In this document: piece after piece, positions 62,065-64,000 of the stretch
How the letters are laid out: every line of letters begins with the position of its first letter
Numbering within the stretch: position 1 is the stretch's first letter
Assembly (NCBI GenBank): GCA_024998625.1
Contig: JACOEL010000021.1
Location: 114 to 64,113, forward strand
Source of the DNA: Nitrospira sp.
GTDB lineage: Bacteria > Nitrospirota > Nitrospiria > Nitrospirales > Nitrospiraceae
DNA length: 64,000 nucleotides
Direction of reading: 5' to 3'
Notes under the pieces: model-generated
Databases searched by the model: none
What the model was told of the DNA's origin: nothing
What the model saw: the letters and a program-made list of their open reading frames with translations, nothing else
Translations under genes and position numbers: made by a program

Positions 62065-64000
62065 ATGCTGCACGCGAACCCAGACCGCGACCAGCTCCTT
62101 GCCACCTTGACTCCCCTCTGTCAGGGCATCGACCGCGACATCCTGCAAGACTTCGTCACGCGGATGGACCCGGATTATTTCTCCGCCTTTCCGCCGAAGA
62201 CATTCGCCGCGCACGTCAAGCAGGCCGCCATCCTTACACCGGACCACCCCTGTGACGTGTCGATTCAAGCAACCGCAGGAGGCCACTTCATCATCACCAT
62301 CGTGGCCTACGATTACTTCTCGGAATTCGCCACGATCTGCGGGCTCCTGTCTGCCTTCGGTCTCAACATCGAGGAAGGTCGCATCTTTACTTCGGCAGAA
62401 AGTGAGCAACCCAGCCGTAGCCGATCTGCCGATCCGTACCCGATCAGGACAAGGCCGCAAGGTCGCCCAGGACTCACCCGGAAGAAGATCGTGGACGTGT
62501 TCACGGTGAGCCCCATCGAGGGGCAGACGTTCGCCGCCGCAGATCGCAAACGCCTGACCGACCAACTCGCCCGCATGATCATGCTGCTTGACGAAGGGCA
62601 ACTGGACGAGGCCCGGCAACAGGTTAACCGCCAATTGGTCGAACACCTGGGCAAACGCCGGAGTTCCTTCAGCGGCCTGCTCCACACCGTCCAGATCACC
62701 TTCGACAACAGCCAGTCGGCAACCGATACGATCATGGACATCCGATCCGACGACACGCCGGCGTTTCTCTACGCGTTCGCGAACGCGCTCGCGATGCGCA
62801 ACGTCTACATCAGCAAGGCGCTGTTCGCGATCGAAGACGGCAAGCTGCACGACCGTTTCTATATCCGCAACCGCTTCGGGCAGAAACTGCTCGACCCGGG
62901 CGACCTGGAGCAGCTGCGCCTCACCGCCGTGCTCATCAAACAGTTCACCCATGCCCTCACCTGGGCGCCCGATCCGGCCAAGGCGCTGGAAGCCTTTGAC
63001 CAGTTCCTGGACCTCGTGCTCGAAAGCTCGCGTCAGGCGGGACGAAAACAGGCCTGGGCCTTCGTGAAAGACAAAAACACCTTTCCGCTCCTCGCGCGGC
63101 TGCTCGGCGCCAGTGATTTTCTCTGGGAAGACTTCCTCCGCCGGCAACATGTCAACCTGTTGCCGTTGCTGAAGGACTATCGCGACGCGCCGCTCATCAA
63201 ATCCCAGGCAACATTACGAAGGGAATTGAGCCGCGCCATCGCCAAAGCGAAGACCGACGAGGCGAGGAAGGAAGCCCTCAACCGCTTCAAGGACCAGGAA
63301 CTCTTCCGCATCGACATGAAACATATCGTCGAACCGGAGACGAGCCTGCCCGACTTCTCGCTCGCCATCTCAGAACTGGCTGAAGTCATCGTCGAACGCA
63401 GCCTCGTCGACTGCCAGGCCAAGCTGACGAAGCTCTACGGCAGCCCCCGCTTGATCAACAAAAAACCCTGTCCCTTTGCGATCCTGGGCGCGGGCAAATT
63501 CGGCGGCAAGGAAATGGGCTACGCCTCCGACATCGAGGTGCTCTTCGTCTATGACGGGCCCGGACGGACCAGCGGCAAACAGGGCATCGAGAACAGCGAA
63601 TACTTCGAGCGCCTCGCGCAGGAATTTTTGCAATGGATCGAAGCCAAACAGGAAGGCATCTTTCACATCGATGTGCGGCTGCGGCCTCATGGCGGCAAGG
63701 GATCCCTCGCCAATGCCTTTGATGAAGTCTGCAAATATTACAGCGCGGAGGGGCAGGCCGCTCCCTTCGAGCGGCAGGCGCTCATCAAGCTACGCCATAT
63801 CGCAGGAGACGCCGCCCTCGGGAAGAAGGTCGAAGGCCTTCGCGACAGCTTCGTCTACAGCGGCGCCCCCTGGGACCTGTCGATCGCGCTCGACCTGCGG
63901 CGTCAACAGCTCAAACAGCTCGTCGAGCCGGGCCAGATCAATCTCAAACACAGCCATGGCGGTATCGTCACGCTGGAATACGCCATCCAGTACCTGCAGG
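62065..64000 (+). CDS. Tandem-ACT + GlnE adenylyltransferase-type module fusion, truncated by the window end
   Basis: Read by hand from ATG 62065 to the edge: two GlnD-like ACT units (AYDYFSEFATICGLLSAFGLNI; SDDTPAFLYAFANALAMRNVYI), then GAGKFGGKEMGYASDIE, DVRLRPHG, FERQAL, NLKH..GG. Confidence 0.88.
   Translation, partial: MLHANPDRDQLLATLTPLCQGIDRDILQDFVTRMDPDYFSAFPPKTFAAHVKQAAILTPDHPCDVSIQATAGGHFIITIVAYDYFSEFATICGLLSAFGLNIEEGRIFTSAESEQPSRSRSADPYPIRTRPQGRPGLTRKKIVDVFTVSPIEGQTFAAADRKRLTDQLARMIMLLDEGQLDEARQQVNRQLVEHLGKRRSSFSGLLHTVQITFDNSQSATDTIMDIRSDDTPAFLYAFANALAMRNVYISKALFAIEDGKLHDRFYIRNRFGQKLLDPGDLEQLRLTAVLIKQFTHALTWAPDPAKALEAFDQFLDLVLESSRQAGRKQAWAFVKDKNTFPLLARLLGASDFLWEDFLRRQHVNLLPLLKDYRDAPLIKSQATLRRELSRAIAKAKTDEARKEALNRFKDQELFRIDMKHIVEPETSLPDFSLAISELAEVIVERSLVDCQAKLTKLYGSPRLINKKPCPFAILGAGKFGGKEMGYASDIEVLFVYDGPGRTSGKQGIENSEYFERLAQEFLQWIEAKQEGIFHIDVRLRPHGGKGSLANAFDEVCKYYSAEGQAAPFERQALIKLRHIAGDAALGKKVEGLRDSFVYSGAPWDLSIALDLRRQQLKQLVEPGQINLKHSHGGIVTLEYAIQYLQ

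Overview
64 kb of core chromosome from a Nitrospira. The chlorite dismutase closely resembles, from memory, the 'Ca. N. defluvii' enzyme, which suggests lineage I. Housekeeping blocks: guaB-guaA-rluB-aspS-aroC-rnhA, scpAB, recG-ppx, ribBA-ribH-nusB-purB-cld-purC-purS-purQ-purL-purF, rpoH, groES-groEL and two divergent GlnE-like genes. Best candidate for a new system: directly downstream of purF on the minus strand is a lasso-peptide-type RiPP locus. It encodes a B2 leader protease, a PqqD/RRE (B1), a 37-aa precursor missing from the ORF track (42054-42167; YxxPxL...T leader, core ending in Ser), an HPr-kinase-like kinase and a nucleotidyltransferase. No lasso cyclase is present anywhere in the window, so the product may be a linear or unthreaded phospho/nucleotidyl-modified peptide. 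Other points: an RRE-like domain fused to a MidA-like methyltransferase, GlnE split into two genes with one half fused to tandem ACT domains, a decayed and deleted operon remnant at 1.3-3.9 kb, a lone low-GC inserted gene, and 7-bp-periodic intergenic elements. No rRNA, tRNA, CRISPR array or transposase was seen. All family assignments come from motif recognition, not database searches.
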